Shown in pieces: positions 8,785 through 17,711 of a stretch of 54,684 nucleotides of DNA. Source of the DNA: a virus (lineage: Duplodnaviria; Caudoviricetes); IMG/VR virus record IMGVR_UViG_3300012971_000005, positions 1-54,684 of that record; one strand, given 5' to 3'. The notes under the pieces are model-generated. The model had not been told where the DNA came from, made no database searches, and saw nothing but the letters and a program-made list of their open reading frames with translations. Made by a program: the position numbers and the translations under genes. Numbering within the stretch: the stretch's first letter is position 1; the number at the start of each line of letters is the position of its first letter.

Positions 8785-9075
8785 ATGCAACCGATTGCGC
8801 TAGAATTTTCGGAAGGGCACTATGTCCATCGCCAGATCCGTCGTGAGGGCATGCTGGCCATCTATGAACAGCGTCACAAAGATGCAGATGTCAGGCGGTA
8901 TGAAGTGGTCCGCCTGCATATCCAACGCGCGCGAACGTGGCCCAATGGCCAGACAACGCCCGAGCAAGAGGTGTATCCGTCGCCGTCTGCATGGGGGAGC
9001 GCTGGCTGGACCTGCTTCACGCTGCTCGAAGCCGAGGCCCTGTTCGCCGACCTCCAGAAGGAGACTCCCGCATGA
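8785..9075 (+). CDS. Hypothetical protein
   Basis: GAGGGG RBS; globular composition (EVYPSPSAWGSAGWT). Confidence 0.7.
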   Translation: MQPIALEFSEGHYVHRQIRREGMLAIYEQRHKDADVRRYEVVRLHIQRARTWPNGQTTPEQEVYPSPSAWGSAGWTCFTLLEAEALFADLQKETPA

Positions 9076-9377
9076 CCCGGTCTGCGCCCCACCCGCGCGC
9101 CTCCCCCCGCGCGCGCCACCTCCCCCCGGTCGCCCGTCCGGCGCCGGTCCCGCCAGCGCCCTGGCACCAAGAGCGCCAACCCTGCACCTGCTCCGCCCGC
9201 CAGCGCTCCGCTGCCCCCTGTCGTGCCTGCGTGAGTTGGGATCGTGGGCAGGTGCTCCTGCTGGACGGTGGGAGTATGACCACAACACAGTGGGCGATGC
9301 TCCACGCATGCACCGCGGAGGTGACGCCACCCCCTGACGGCTCTGGCTGCGCTGGCAGCTCAGAGGACTCTACGTGA
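9072..9377 (+). CDS. Hypothetical protein
   Basis: AAGGAG RBS and ATGA overlap; Cys pairs; otherwise weak support. Confidence 0.35.
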   Translation: MTRSAPHPRASPRARHLPPVARPAPVPPAPWHQERQPCTCSARQRSAAPCRACVSWDRGQVLLLDGGSMTTTQWAMLHACTAEVTPPPDGSGCAGSSEDST

Positions 9378-9387
9378 TCCAGGTCCT

Positions 9388-9430
9388 GCTGGCTGGCACG
9401 CTGCTGGCACGCTGGCTGGCACGCTGCTGG
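9388..9430. repeat. Short tandem repeat (GCTGGCTGGCACGCTGCTGGCAC, about 2 copies) at the convergence of the two genome arms
   Basis: Read directly. Confidence 0.7.
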
Positions 9431-9449
9431 TCAGCACCACACCGGGGCG

Positions 9450-11579
9450 TTAATCCCCCCCCTCGCGATGCCGCACCTTGCCGGCGGTGATACGGTACAG
9501 GGCCTGCACGTCGCTGTCCTGGAGATACTGCGTGTAGAGGCGCACGTCATCCACCTTGCCGCTGCCGTTGACCACATGGGCGGGCTTATTCCAGCGGCCC
9601 GCCTCAAAGGGCGTGGTCTGGGTCGCCGTGGGCACGCTAAAGGTACTGGTCGAGGTCTGGAGCTGGCCATTCACCCAGATTTTGGCCTGACCGGGGGTGT
9701 TGCCATCTGCCCCCACCGCGATGTGCATCCAATTCCCGATATACGGAGCCAGATTGAAGTAGATCGAGCCGCCGCCCGTGTGCGTGCTATCATCCCACGC
9801 GCCATACTGCCAGTAGAGGTAGCCATCACTGCAGGGGGCACAGACGCCGAACAGATTGGGCGTCGGGCTCGCGGTACCCAGGCTCATGGCGCCCCCCGTC
9901 TGCACCAGGCTCCAGAACACGAGGGTCACTGGTTGGTTGGCGGGCCAGGCAAAGGGCGTCGCCGCGCTCGTTTCGACATGCTCACCGCTCCCGCTGAGCG
10001 CCAGCCCTTGGGGACCGACACGTGCCCCGACATGGCCAGGGAGTGGGGAACCCGTGAGTGTGCCCGGATGACCATTCGCGGTACTATCCGCCGCCACCGT
10101 GCCACTGGCTTCATCCAGTTTCCAGTACAGATAGAGCCCTACTGGGAGGATGTTGATGGGCTGGCCGCCCATCTCCCAGGCGCCCAGGTCAGGACTGGTC
10201 CCGGCGGGTTGGGGCCGTGTCTGCCCACTAAAATCGGTCCCTACGACCGACGTCAAATCCACCCCCTTGCCCAGGGCGGGAGAGGTATTTTGCAATTGGA
10301 ACGAGGCGGCGGTAATGCCCGCCGCCGCTAAATCACTATCTGGAATCGTGGTGCCTGGACCCGTGGCAACAAACTGTGGGTCACTATAGACGATACAGCC
10401 CCCGGCACTGCACAGGTTCGTGTCGATGGTATCCCCACTTTGTCCCGTCCCCATCGTGATCACATCCGACACGGAGCCATTGGAGAGATTATTCCAGCAG
10501 AGATTGTTGCGGATGGTATTGCCACTGCCGCCAGAGAGGAGCGCAATACACTGCTCGTTATTGCCACGGGTCCGCACGATGGTATTGTGATAAATAAAAT
10601 TATTGGACACCGCGGCGCCGCTACAGGAAATCGCCACGACGCCCCCTTTATGTTGGTCCATGGCCAGCCCGGTCCGGGCGACGATATTGTTGTAAAAAGA
10701 GTTGTTGCTCCCCCCGCAGGAGAACAGGACGGCGCCTTGTGTATCATGTAAGTAGTTATTGCGGATGGTGTTGCTGTTGAAGGCGCCATGGTCGGAGTAC
10801 ATGTGCATCGCAAAGCCCGGCACCCGCGCCACTTCGTTATTCTCGATGACGGAATAGCCGCCGGAGAGATACATGCCATAGGTTGCCGTGGCGCCGGACG
10901 TCCAATCGGCTCCGAGATCATGGATATAGTTATTGCGAATCGTCGTGTTCTGCTGGTTATAGCCCTGGCCGAGTCCCAGGGTGAACGTCGTAATATCGGC
11001 CCCCTGGCCCTTGCCGCCCGAAATATCCAGATCGAGATAGCTGATACCATTCGGGCCATCATATTGCAGCGCATGCCCCACACTCCATTCACTCCCGCCC
11101 ACGACGCCAAAGGCCTGCCCATATTGATTGCTCGGCAGCAGGAGGGTCAGGCCCTGGAAGGTCAGATAGTTGGCTGGACGCCCGGTGTCCCCCGTGTTTT
11201 GGGTCGCGGGGCGCGTCCCGGCATGAATGAGGTTGCCCCCACAGCCACTCCAGGTCGCATTATCGACACTGCTCCAGCCCACCACCGCGGCGCCTTTGGT
11301 GGCCGCCTTGATCACGGTTGGATGCGTGGCATCGAGGCCATCCGGGATACTATCCCCCGGAAGACATTCGTTATACGAGCCATTCAGGAGCACGAGCGTA
11401 TCCCCCTGACCGAGGCACCCCACCCCTTTCACGAGACCGCTCACCGGCGTGCCGCTACTGGTCGCGCCGTTGCAGGGATTGGCGCTGGGAGCATTCGGGG
11501 AGGCGTAATAGATCTGCCCTCCCCACCCGGGTGTCTGGAGCAGGACAAGCAGCCCAACTACGAGCAGGAGGCGTCGCAT
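9450..11579 (-). CDS. Signal-peptide-bearing right-handed beta-helix protein with C-terminal LamG-like domain (receptor-binding/depolymerase-like)
   Basis: MRRLLLVVGLLVLLQTPGWG; TIRNNYIHD/IENNEV/FYNNIV repeats; PDLGAWE; YWKLDEASGTVAADS...KVDDVRLY. Confidence 0.8.
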   Translation of the reverse strand: MRRLLLVVGLLVLLQTPGWGGQIYYASPNAPSANPCNGATSSGTPVSGLVKGVGCLGQGDTLVLLNGSYNECLPGDSIPDGLDATHPTVIKAATKGAAVVGWSSVDNATWSGCGGNLIHAGTRPATQNTGDTGRPANYLTFQGLTLLLPSNQYGQAFGVVGGSEWSVGHALQYDGPNGISYLDLDISGGKGQGADITTFTLGLGQGYNQQNTTIRNNYIHDLGADWTSGATATYGMYLSGGYSVIENNEVARVPGFAMHMYSDHGAFNSNTIRNNYLHDTQGAVLFSCGGSNNSFYNNIVARTGLAMDQHKGGVVAISCSGAAVSNNFIYHNTIVRTRGNNEQCIALLSGGSGNTIRNNLCWNNLSNGSVSDVITMGTGQSGDTIDTNLCSAGGCIVYSDPQFVATGPGTTIPDSDLAAAGITAASFQLQNTSPALGKGVDLTSVVGTDFSGQTRPQPAGTSPDLGAWEMGGQPINILPVGLYLYWKLDEASGTVAADSTANGHPGTLTGSPLPGHVGARVGPQGLALSGSGEHVETSAATPFAWPANQPVTLVFWSLVQTGGAMSLGTASPTPNLFGVCAPCSDGYLYWQYGAWDDSTHTGGGSIYFNLAPYIGNWMHIAVGADGNTPGQAKIWVNGQLQTSTSTFSVPTATQTTPFEAGRWNKPAHVVNGSGKVDDVRLYTQYLQDSDVQALYRITAGKVRHREGGD

Positions 11580-11601
11580 ACATGTGCCCTTTCGTGTTTC
11601 G

Positions 11602-13137
11602 TTACTGGAGGATGGCCTCGAAATTCCCAATCACTACCTTGGCCGTGCCGCCCGCCGTGGCAATATTAAAGTCCAGCGAGCAGGGCGCCGTCGGACAGTT
11701 CGCGCCGGCGCTGCCGGGCGTCACCGGTTGCAGGATCGGTTGCCCAGTCAGGGTACAGGTCGCAAAGCTCCCATTGCCGCAGGTGCACGGCCCCGTCACC
11801 ACTGACGTGGCGCTCTGGCCAGTGAGGATGGGCTGAATGGTCAGCGGCGTCGCGCCCTGCACGTCGACTTTACAGGCCAGGGCGAGGATTTTGAGCGGCC
11901 GGCGATACATATTGGTCCAGACGGTCGGCGAATCGTTGCCATCCAGGAGGGGCGGCGACGACGACTCGGGATCGCCCACGAACAGCGAGAAGGGGCGCAG
12001 CTTCAAGTAGTCTTCGGGCGTCCCGTCCCACAACTTCCATTTGGTCGCAGTGGCGTCATACCACACCGTCTTACAGAGCTTCGGCGCAATGGTCACATCA
12101 TCCGTGAGATCGAATTGATTGGCTGCCGCCGAGCCGCTATCCAGTGTCCCCAGGACGACGGGAGAGGTAGGACCCACGTTGCACATATTTTTGATCGTGC
12201 CATCCGAGAGCCCGCCGGAGGCCAACCCGGTAATGCGGCAACTGGTGACCCCACAGGTAATCCCCAGAATCGTGACCGCCCCAAAGGCGGGGGGACCCGT
12301 CGGGTTCCAGTCGTTCGTGGTCGCGCTGGAGAGGGTGACGGCGAGACGACCGGGGAAGGCGAACTGGCCGCTCGCCTTGACGACGGTCGGGTTGGGATAG
12401 GAGCTCCCGAGATCCCCTCCCGCCGCGCCGCTCGGCGGCCCCCCCGAGCCCGTGGGAATGTCGGCCAATTGGAGGTTCCGACAGGTCCAGGCCGCCGGAC
12501 CGCCCGACACCGGGCCAGCCATGACACAGTTGGCATTCACGTTGGCTTTGCTCACGGCAAACACGCCGCTGGTCGTAATCGCCGTCGTCGGTGATACGGT
12601 GAACTCATTGATGGGCATGGTCACCTGGAGGCTGGTCACGGTGCCGGAGCCGGCGCCGGGCGGAGCGGAGTACTGCGTATTCCAGAAGTCCACCATCGAG
12701 GTCTGGCCATTGGTGGTGCTGTCGTCGGTGAGCGTGCCGACGACAAAGCCCGGTGACGGCACGGTGTCGGTCTGATGGCAGCGCCCCCCGATCCCGACCA
12801 CGACCGCACTGCCGCCTTTGCCGGTCGTCGTCGAGTCAAACACGCACGGCGCCTCGCCACTCAGGACATAGACGGCGCTCAAGGCCGTGCCAGCATTGGC
12901 ATTGACGACGAACAGGGGGATGTTGGTATCGCTGGACGTGGCCACCACCAGCTTGGCGCGGCCCCCAGCGCCACCAGGCTGCTTTTTTGCCAGGAAATTC
13001 AACGCGGTCCCTGTGGTCGTGTCATTGGGCAACGAGCTAAAGGACGTATTACTTTTCTGGGCCGAGCAGACGGGTGCCAGACCCAGCATGGCCAGAAGCA
13101 GCGACAAGCATACCCATCGTGGGATAGACATACGCAT
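11602..13137 (-). CDS. Signal-peptide-bearing Cys/Thr/Gly-rich fibre-like protein
   Basis: MSIPRWVCLSLLLAMLGLAPVCSA; fibre-shaft-type motifs GSGTVTSL and GAAGGDLGSSYPNPTV. Confidence 0.7.
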   Translation of the reverse strand: MRMSIPRWVCLSLLLAMLGLAPVCSAQKSNTSFSSLPNDTTTGTALNFLAKKQPGGAGGRAKLVVATSSDTNIPLFVVNANAGTALSAVYVLSGEAPCVFDSTTTGKGGSAVVVGIGGRCHQTDTVPSPGFVVGTLTDDSTTNGQTSMVDFWNTQYSAPPGAGSGTVTSLQVTMPINEFTVSPTTAITTSGVFAVSKANVNANCVMAGPVSGGPAAWTCRNLQLADIPTGSGGPPSGAAGGDLGSSYPNPTVVKASGQFAFPGRLAVTLSSATTNDWNPTGPPAFGAVTILGITCGVTSCRITGLASGGLSDGTIKNMCNVGPTSPVVLGTLDSGSAAANQFDLTDDVTIAPKLCKTVWYDATATKWKLWDGTPEDYLKLRPFSLFVGDPESSSPPLLDGNDSPTVWTNMYRRPLKILALACKVDVQGATPLTIQPILTGQSATSVVTGPCTCGNGSFATCTLTGQPILQPVTPGSAGANCPTAPCSLDFNIATAGGTAKVVIGNFEAILQ

Positions 13138-13140
13138 CTC

Positions 13141-14031
13141 CTAATGGAAGAAAGGAAAGAATTGCCCATGGGCTGACAGCGCCACGGGCGCTGCCCCCAG
13201 CGCCGGCACGGGCGGGAGCAGGTCGGGGACCCCGCGTATCTCTTGCGCGTAGAGGCCTGCCACATCGGCGTCGGTGAGCAAGCGGCCAAACACCATGTAG
13301 CTATCGCCGCTGCCAATCTGGATATTGCCCCCATCGCTGCGGGCGCCCAGACTCCAGGCTTGATTGGGCATGGTCCCGAGCGTGTCATTTTGGATCGGCG
13401 TCAACGCGGCCGGCACGCCATTCAACCAGATATGCATATCCGCCAGATTTTGTGTGCCGCCGTACGTGACGCAGAGGTGATACCACGTCTGCAAGGCCAG
13501 CGTGGCACTGGTGCGCGTCGTGATCGCCAGATTGGCGCTATCGCGCACGTCAAATTCAAGCACCTGACTGGTAATCATGTGCACGGTCACCCCCTTATCG
13601 ACGCTGCCCCCATCCGTGATCACGGTATCCCAGCCGGATTGGCCCGTCGCAAACAGCGTCCACAGGCACAGGCCCACGGGCAGGGTGCCGGTGGTATACC
13701 CCGAATTCACGGGGGTGACGACATAGTCATCGCTGCCATCAAAATTGATCTGGGCATAGCCCCCCAGGTGCGTGCTCGGCCCCCAGCCACTGGTGCTGCT
13801 ATAGCCCATGTTCGTGAGCGTGCCATGATCCAGCGTGCCGGGTACCAGGTCATAGAGCCGTGTGCCGCCGACACTCAAGGGCACCGCACGCCACCAGTGT
13901 TGGAGGCCCCGCAGCAGGGGATGACTCATGTTCGGCTGGAGCGGTGCCCACCCGCCCCCCGGCCATTGCGGCAACGCCGGGAGCGGCAGGAGCAGCCAGA
14001 AGAGCAGGGTGAGGATGAGATAGCGTTGCAT
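13141..14031 (-). CDS. Signal-peptide-bearing LamG/concanavalin A-like protein
   Basis: MQRYLILTLLFWLLLPLPALP; INFDGSDDYV, WYHLCVTY, IWLNG, RLLTDADVAGLY. Confidence 0.8.
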   Translation of the reverse strand: MQRYLILTLLFWLLLPLPALPQWPGGGWAPLQPNMSHPLLRGLQHWWRAVPLSVGGTRLYDLVPGTLDHGTLTNMGYSSTSGWGPSTHLGGYAQINFDGSDDYVVTPVNSGYTTGTLPVGLCLWTLFATGQSGWDTVITDGGSVDKGVTVHMITSQVLEFDVRDSANLAITTRTSATLALQTWYHLCVTYGGTQNLADMHIWLNGVPAALTPIQNDTLGTMPNQAWSLGARSDGGNIQIGSGDSYMVFGRLLTDADVAGLYAQEIRGVPDLLPPVPALGAAPVALSAHGQFFPFFH

Positions 14032-14032
14032 A

Positions 14033-14578
14033 CTATTGTTGCTCTGGAGGTACGGGTGTGAAGGCGCAGCTTGACGTATTGGCGACGTTCTGCGTCGGCA
14101 GCGTTGTCGCGTTCCAGACCGCAGGAATGAAGTAGCGCGTGGGAATCCAGGCCATCCCGGACGCGGTCATCGTCGTATTGGTCGCCGTCTGATCAACCAC
14201 CGTGGTCCCGACCAGCTTCAAGTCACGGCGCTTATCGGCACTGGCCAGAGCGGCATTGGTGGTGCCCAGCGCGCCGTCGGTGTACGTGCCATCGCTCCAC
14301 GCGACATACACTTCCACCTGCGCGCCCGCGACATTGGTCCCCGTGAGGGTGAAGGAGCAGGCCCACATCCATTGGGCAGGGGTACTCCCAGTCCCCATAT
14401 CATGCCTATCGCCCGACTTGCCAGCCAGGGTGCCCACATTCTGCAGCGCCATCACGTGGGTACAGCCGCTGTCGCACCAGGTCACGGGCGTGCCTCTGGA
14501 CGCATACTGTTTGGACGGAGCCGCGATGAGCGTGGCAGGCAGGAGCAGACACAGAAGCAGCGCCAGACATTTTTTCAT
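14033..14578 (-). CDS. Signal-peptide-bearing beta-rich protein
   Basis: MKKCLALLLCLLLPATLIA followed by a Thr-rich beta-sandwich-like body. Confidence 0.75.
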   Translation of the reverse strand: MKKCLALLLCLLLPATLIAAPSKQYASRGTPVTWCDSGCTHVMALQNVGTLAGKSGDRHDMGTGSTPAQWMWACSFTLTGTNVAGAQVEVYVAWSDGTYTDGALGTTNAALASADKRRDLKLVGTTVVDQTATNTTMTASGMAWIPTRYFIPAVWNATTLPTQNVANTSSCAFTPVPPEQQ

Positions 14579-14633
14579 GGTCTTTTCCCCGTCAGCGCAT
14601 AATACACGTAAGTAAGCCTAGGAGAGTGCATCA

Positions 14634-16763
14634 TTAATTCGTGCTCGCTATGAGCTGAAGGCTGCTGGTGTCAGCACTGTAAAGTAAGCCAATGATTACT
14701 TCGTGGGCCGTATCAAGCGGGCACGTCGTTGGCCCCGTGACCGCTGCGCTGTTGACGATATTGGCCGCATAGGCGATGGTCTGCGCCGCCACCGTGCAGC
14801 GCAGCCGCAGCAGGAAGCGATCACCGTCCACCAGCGTGCCCGAGGTGCCCAGCGTCACGGTGCCAGCGGCACCCGACATACTCATCTTGCACTGATTCAT
14901 CGAGCCATTACGCGCACAGTTATAGGTCGTACTGGAGGCGATGGTCTGCACGCCGGTGTCGACGAGATAGGCATTGGTGTCGACCCCCAGCGTCCCTGTC
15001 CCTCCACTCGTTTTCACAAAACCGTTGGTCGTCAGGTTGGCCAGGGCCGCAATCGTCGGCGTCGTGAGAGCAGGACTGGTAGCCTTCACATAGTTACCCG
15101 TTCCCGTTACGGCGATCCCCTGGATGACCGTTGCACTGGCCCACTCTGCCGCCTGTCCTGCGCTCGGCGTTCCCGTATTGGAGACATTGCCTCCCCCCAC
15201 CGTGGCCCAGGTGCCATCGCCGCGCCAAAAGGTGGTAGAAGAGGCGCCCGTCCCCCCGGCCAGATTGGCCGGGGGCAAATTCCCCGTGACGCCGGTAGAC
15301 AGCGGCAACCCCGTTGCATTGGTCAGCACCGCCGCGCTCGGTGTCCCCAGATTCGGCGTCGTGAGGGTGGGACTGGCGCTTTTGACGTAGCTGCCCGTGC
15401 CGGTCACCGTCACGCCTTGAATCGTCGTCACGGTCACCCATTCCGCCGCCTGCCCGGCACTGGGGGTGCCGCTACTCGACACATTGCCCCCCCCTGCGGT
15501 AAAACAACTCCCGCCCTTGACGCATAACTCCCCAGGCTCTGCCGGCAGAAAGTGCGCCCAGTTGTTGGGCATACTCGTGGGGGGAAGGAGATAGCCCTTG
15601 TGCCCCAGCCGGTCCTGCCACGACAGGTAGTTCCCCAGAGAGGCCGCCTGGAGGTTCGTGGCGATGAGTGTATGGCCGGTGGGATTGATGAGCACATTGC
15701 CACTATCCGCGGCCAGCACGCCGCCCTGGTTGTATTGCACATCCCCCGTGACCCCGGCCGGGGTCACGCCCGCGCCCCCGCCCCCGCCCCCACCGGTCCC
15801 CGTACCGCAGGCCGCGCCCGTATCGACCAGATTGAGGTTGCTATCGAGCTGCACACAGTGGCCCGGAGTGAACGGCCCGAGGCCGGTCATGAGCGCATGC
15901 GACGTGCCCACCAGGGTGGTGTCTGGGGGCAGGAGCACCGGCGACGTGGTTTGTGAGTTGTACGTCAGGACCGCCTGTCCTATCCGGGAGGAATACTCGA
16001 AGATCCAGACATCTTCGGTCGTCCCCCCGGTCGTCGCGGTGGGCAGTGCGATCCCGGTATGGGCCGTCCAGAAGCTCCCCCAACTCACGGCACGGGCCAC
16101 GGTGGAATGCGCCCGAAAACGCAGGATCTGACTCGGGCGCACGCTGCCATTCGGATTGTCAATGAGCGTGGCTTGCGCCAAGTCGCTGAGCACGAACACA
16201 TCACAGGTATCGACATTCACCACGAGCGGCGTCGTGGTGGTGGGCTGTGAACACTGGCGCGGGGTGACGCGCGTCTGGGTCACCTCCTGCACATCCGTGG
16301 TCCCGAGGAGCTGTCCCACCGGGGCTGGGCGAGTCGAGACGGCCGCGACCGCGCCTGTCACCGTCGAGACGACCAGACCCGTGGGCAAGGCCCCCAGATT
16401 GACCCCCGACGGGAACAGCGGCGAGGGCTGTGCCAGCAGCAGCGCCGGCCCGACGATGGGCGTCGACAGCACGGGTGGTCGGCACAGCGTTGCCCCCGTA
16501 CTCGATTGCCCATACGCGAGGTCCGTGCTCTGCGTACACTGCGAGCCGATAAACCCGGCAAAGCCCCCGACCCCGTTGGCGGCTTGCAATGTCCCGGCCG
16601 GTCCAATCGCGCCGCCTGCCCCTGTCCCGCCACCGCCCGTGGCCGTGGCCGTCGTGACCACGCCACGGGTACCGGTAGGCGGCACACTCCCGTACACGAC
16701 GGCGGCGTGCGTCTGTGCCGCCATGAGCAGGCAGCAGAGGAGGAGCAGCAGGAAGCGCACCAT
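14634..16763 (-). CDS. Signal-peptide-bearing long tail-fibre-like protein with internal repeat
   Basis: [20 protein letters not shown]; two copies of [17 protein letters not shown]...TGTG.YVK..SP.LTTP; GDVQYN and [10 protein letters not shown] shaft-type motifs. Confidence 0.75.
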   Translation of the reverse strand: MVRFLLLLLCCLLMAAQTHAAVVYGSVPPTGTRGVVTTATATGGGGTGAGGAIGPAGTLQAANGVGGFAGFIGSQCTQSTDLAYGQSSTGATLCRPPVLSTPIVGPALLLAQPSPLFPSGVNLGALPTGLVVSTVTGAVAAVSTRPAPVGQLLGTTDVQEVTQTRVTPRQCSQPTTTTPLVVNVDTCDVFVLSDLAQATLIDNPNGSVRPSQILRFRAHSTVARAVSWGSFWTAHTGIALPTATTGGTTEDVWIFEYSSRIGQAVLTYNSQTTSPVLLPPDTTLVGTSHALMTGLGPFTPGHCVQLDSNLNLVDTGAACGTGTGGGGGGGAGVTPAGVTGDVQYNQGGVLAADSGNVLINPTGHTLIATNLQAASLGNYLSWQDRLGHKGYLLPPTSMPNNWAHFLPAEPGELCVKGGSCFTAGGGNVSSSGTPSAGQAAEWVTVTTIQGVTVTGTGSYVKSASPTLTTPNLGTPSAAVLTNATGLPLSTGVTGNLPPANLAGGTGASSTTFWRGDGTWATVGGGNVSNTGTPSAGQAAEWASATVIQGIAVTGTGNYVKATSPALTTPTIAALANLTTNGFVKTSGGTGTLGVDTNAYLVDTGVQTIASSTTYNCARNGSMNQCKMSMSGAAGTVTLGTSGTLVDGDRFLLRLRCTVAAQTIAYAANIVNSAAVTGPTTCPLDTAHEVIIGLLYSADTSSLQLIASTN

Positions 16764-17233
16764 CAGGGAATTCCCTCAATCGTGACCACCGTGGTATCAG
16801 CGGCCGTACTTCTGATACACCACCACGCTTCTCGACCCTCAGTCCCCAGGAGCACTTGCTCGCCAGCGTTGAGCAGGAGCCCGACAGTCGCCGTCGGCGT
16901 CCCCTGCGGCTTTGACAGGCACCGCATGGGTGCTAGGCCTTTGTTCCACAGCAGTCGAGTACAAGCAGCCGCATTGACGGTCATCACATCTACAGGGGTT
17001 GCACTCACGGGGATGTCACTGCCAGCGCCAACGGTAGAAATCAGGGTCTTGGTCGGAGTACACACTTGAACCGTCTGGGCACTCGCCACCATGGGCACAC
17101 TGCCACCCCCACGACTGATCCCCCGGAAGTACGGCAGGATCCACCAGGACAGCAGCAGCGGCAGGACCACGAACAGGACAAGGACGGCAACGCCCAGGCG
17201 GGCACTGACAGGGTGGAGACGGTGATTGCTCAT
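16763..17233 (-). CDS. Membrane-anchored or secreted small beta protein, paralogue of 44144-44530
   Basis: Hydrophobic N-terminal segment; RC...TPTATVG...AWWCIR...DTTV.TIE.IP. Confidence 0.7.
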   Translation of the reverse strand: MSNHRLHPVSARLGVAVLVLFVVLPLLLSWWILPYFRGISRGGGSVPMVASAQTVQVCTPTKTLISTVGAGSDIPVSATPVDVMTVNAAACTRLLWNKGLAPMRCLSKPQGTPTATVGLLLNAGEQVLLGTEGREAWWCIRSTAADTTVVTIEGIP

Positions 17234-17315
17234 GATTGTGCTTGCATTCCTCTATTAACGATAATATAATTATTGACGATATTACTCACTCACATGACCT
17301 GAGAGGAGGTCGCAT

Positions 17316-17711
17316 ATGCATGTAGCCTGGTTTCTGCTGATCTGCATCCTCTGCCTCGTCTTCATGGACGGGCGACAGATACGAAAACTCGTGACCGTCG
17401 TGGCCTGCTTGGCCTTTGTAGCGGCCCTGGTCTTGTACGCCGGCCTCCACTTTCTGCCCACGCAGCCGAGTCCAGTGGCCTCCTGGGAAATGCCGCCTCC
17501 CACGCAGGGGCATGATTATTCTCAGGAACTCTATGGCGCGCCGCCTGCACAACAACCAGCGACGCCAGCGTTTGATCCCGAGGCTGTGCTCAATGAGCTC
17601 TATGGACCAGCGCCAGATAGGCAAAAAGTCCAAAAAGACATCTTTGATACCAAGCCAGAGCCCTCTCCCATAGCACAGCACACCCAGCACAGCCAGCACC
17701 GTCGCCGCTAA
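17316..17711 (+). CDS. Membrane protein, putative superinfection exclusion (SieA position)
   Basis: AGGAGG RBS; two hydrophobic segments; opposite strand, directly after the last ejection gene; AT-rich upstream region. Confidence 0.6.
   Translation: MHVAWFLLICILCLVFMDGRQIRKLVTVVACLAFVAALVLYAGLHFLPTQPSPVASWEMPPPTQGHDYSQELYGAPPAQQPATPAFDPEAVLNELYGPAPDRQKVQKDIFDTKPEPSPIAQHTQHSQHRRR
17567..17611. repeat. 45-nt inverted repeat with 19866-19910 (40/45 identical)
   Basis: AGCGTTTGATCCCGAGGCTGTG is identical, followed by 4 mismatches and ATGAGCTCT(A/T)TGGACCAGC. Confidence 0.9.

Noticed and set aside
9388-9430. GCTGG-rich repeat as Chi sites
   Set aside because: It does not match GCTGGTGG, and the host's Chi sequence is unknown.
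15059-15495. Repeats in the fibre gene (and at 39698-39853) as diversity-generating retroelement TR/VR pairs
   Set aside because: Both copies are in-frame coding repeats and I found no reverse transcriptase in the genome.
9468-16785. Long + strand ORFs opposite the fibre cluster
   Set aside because: Antisense shadows typical of high-GC coding DNA; no motifs or RBS.
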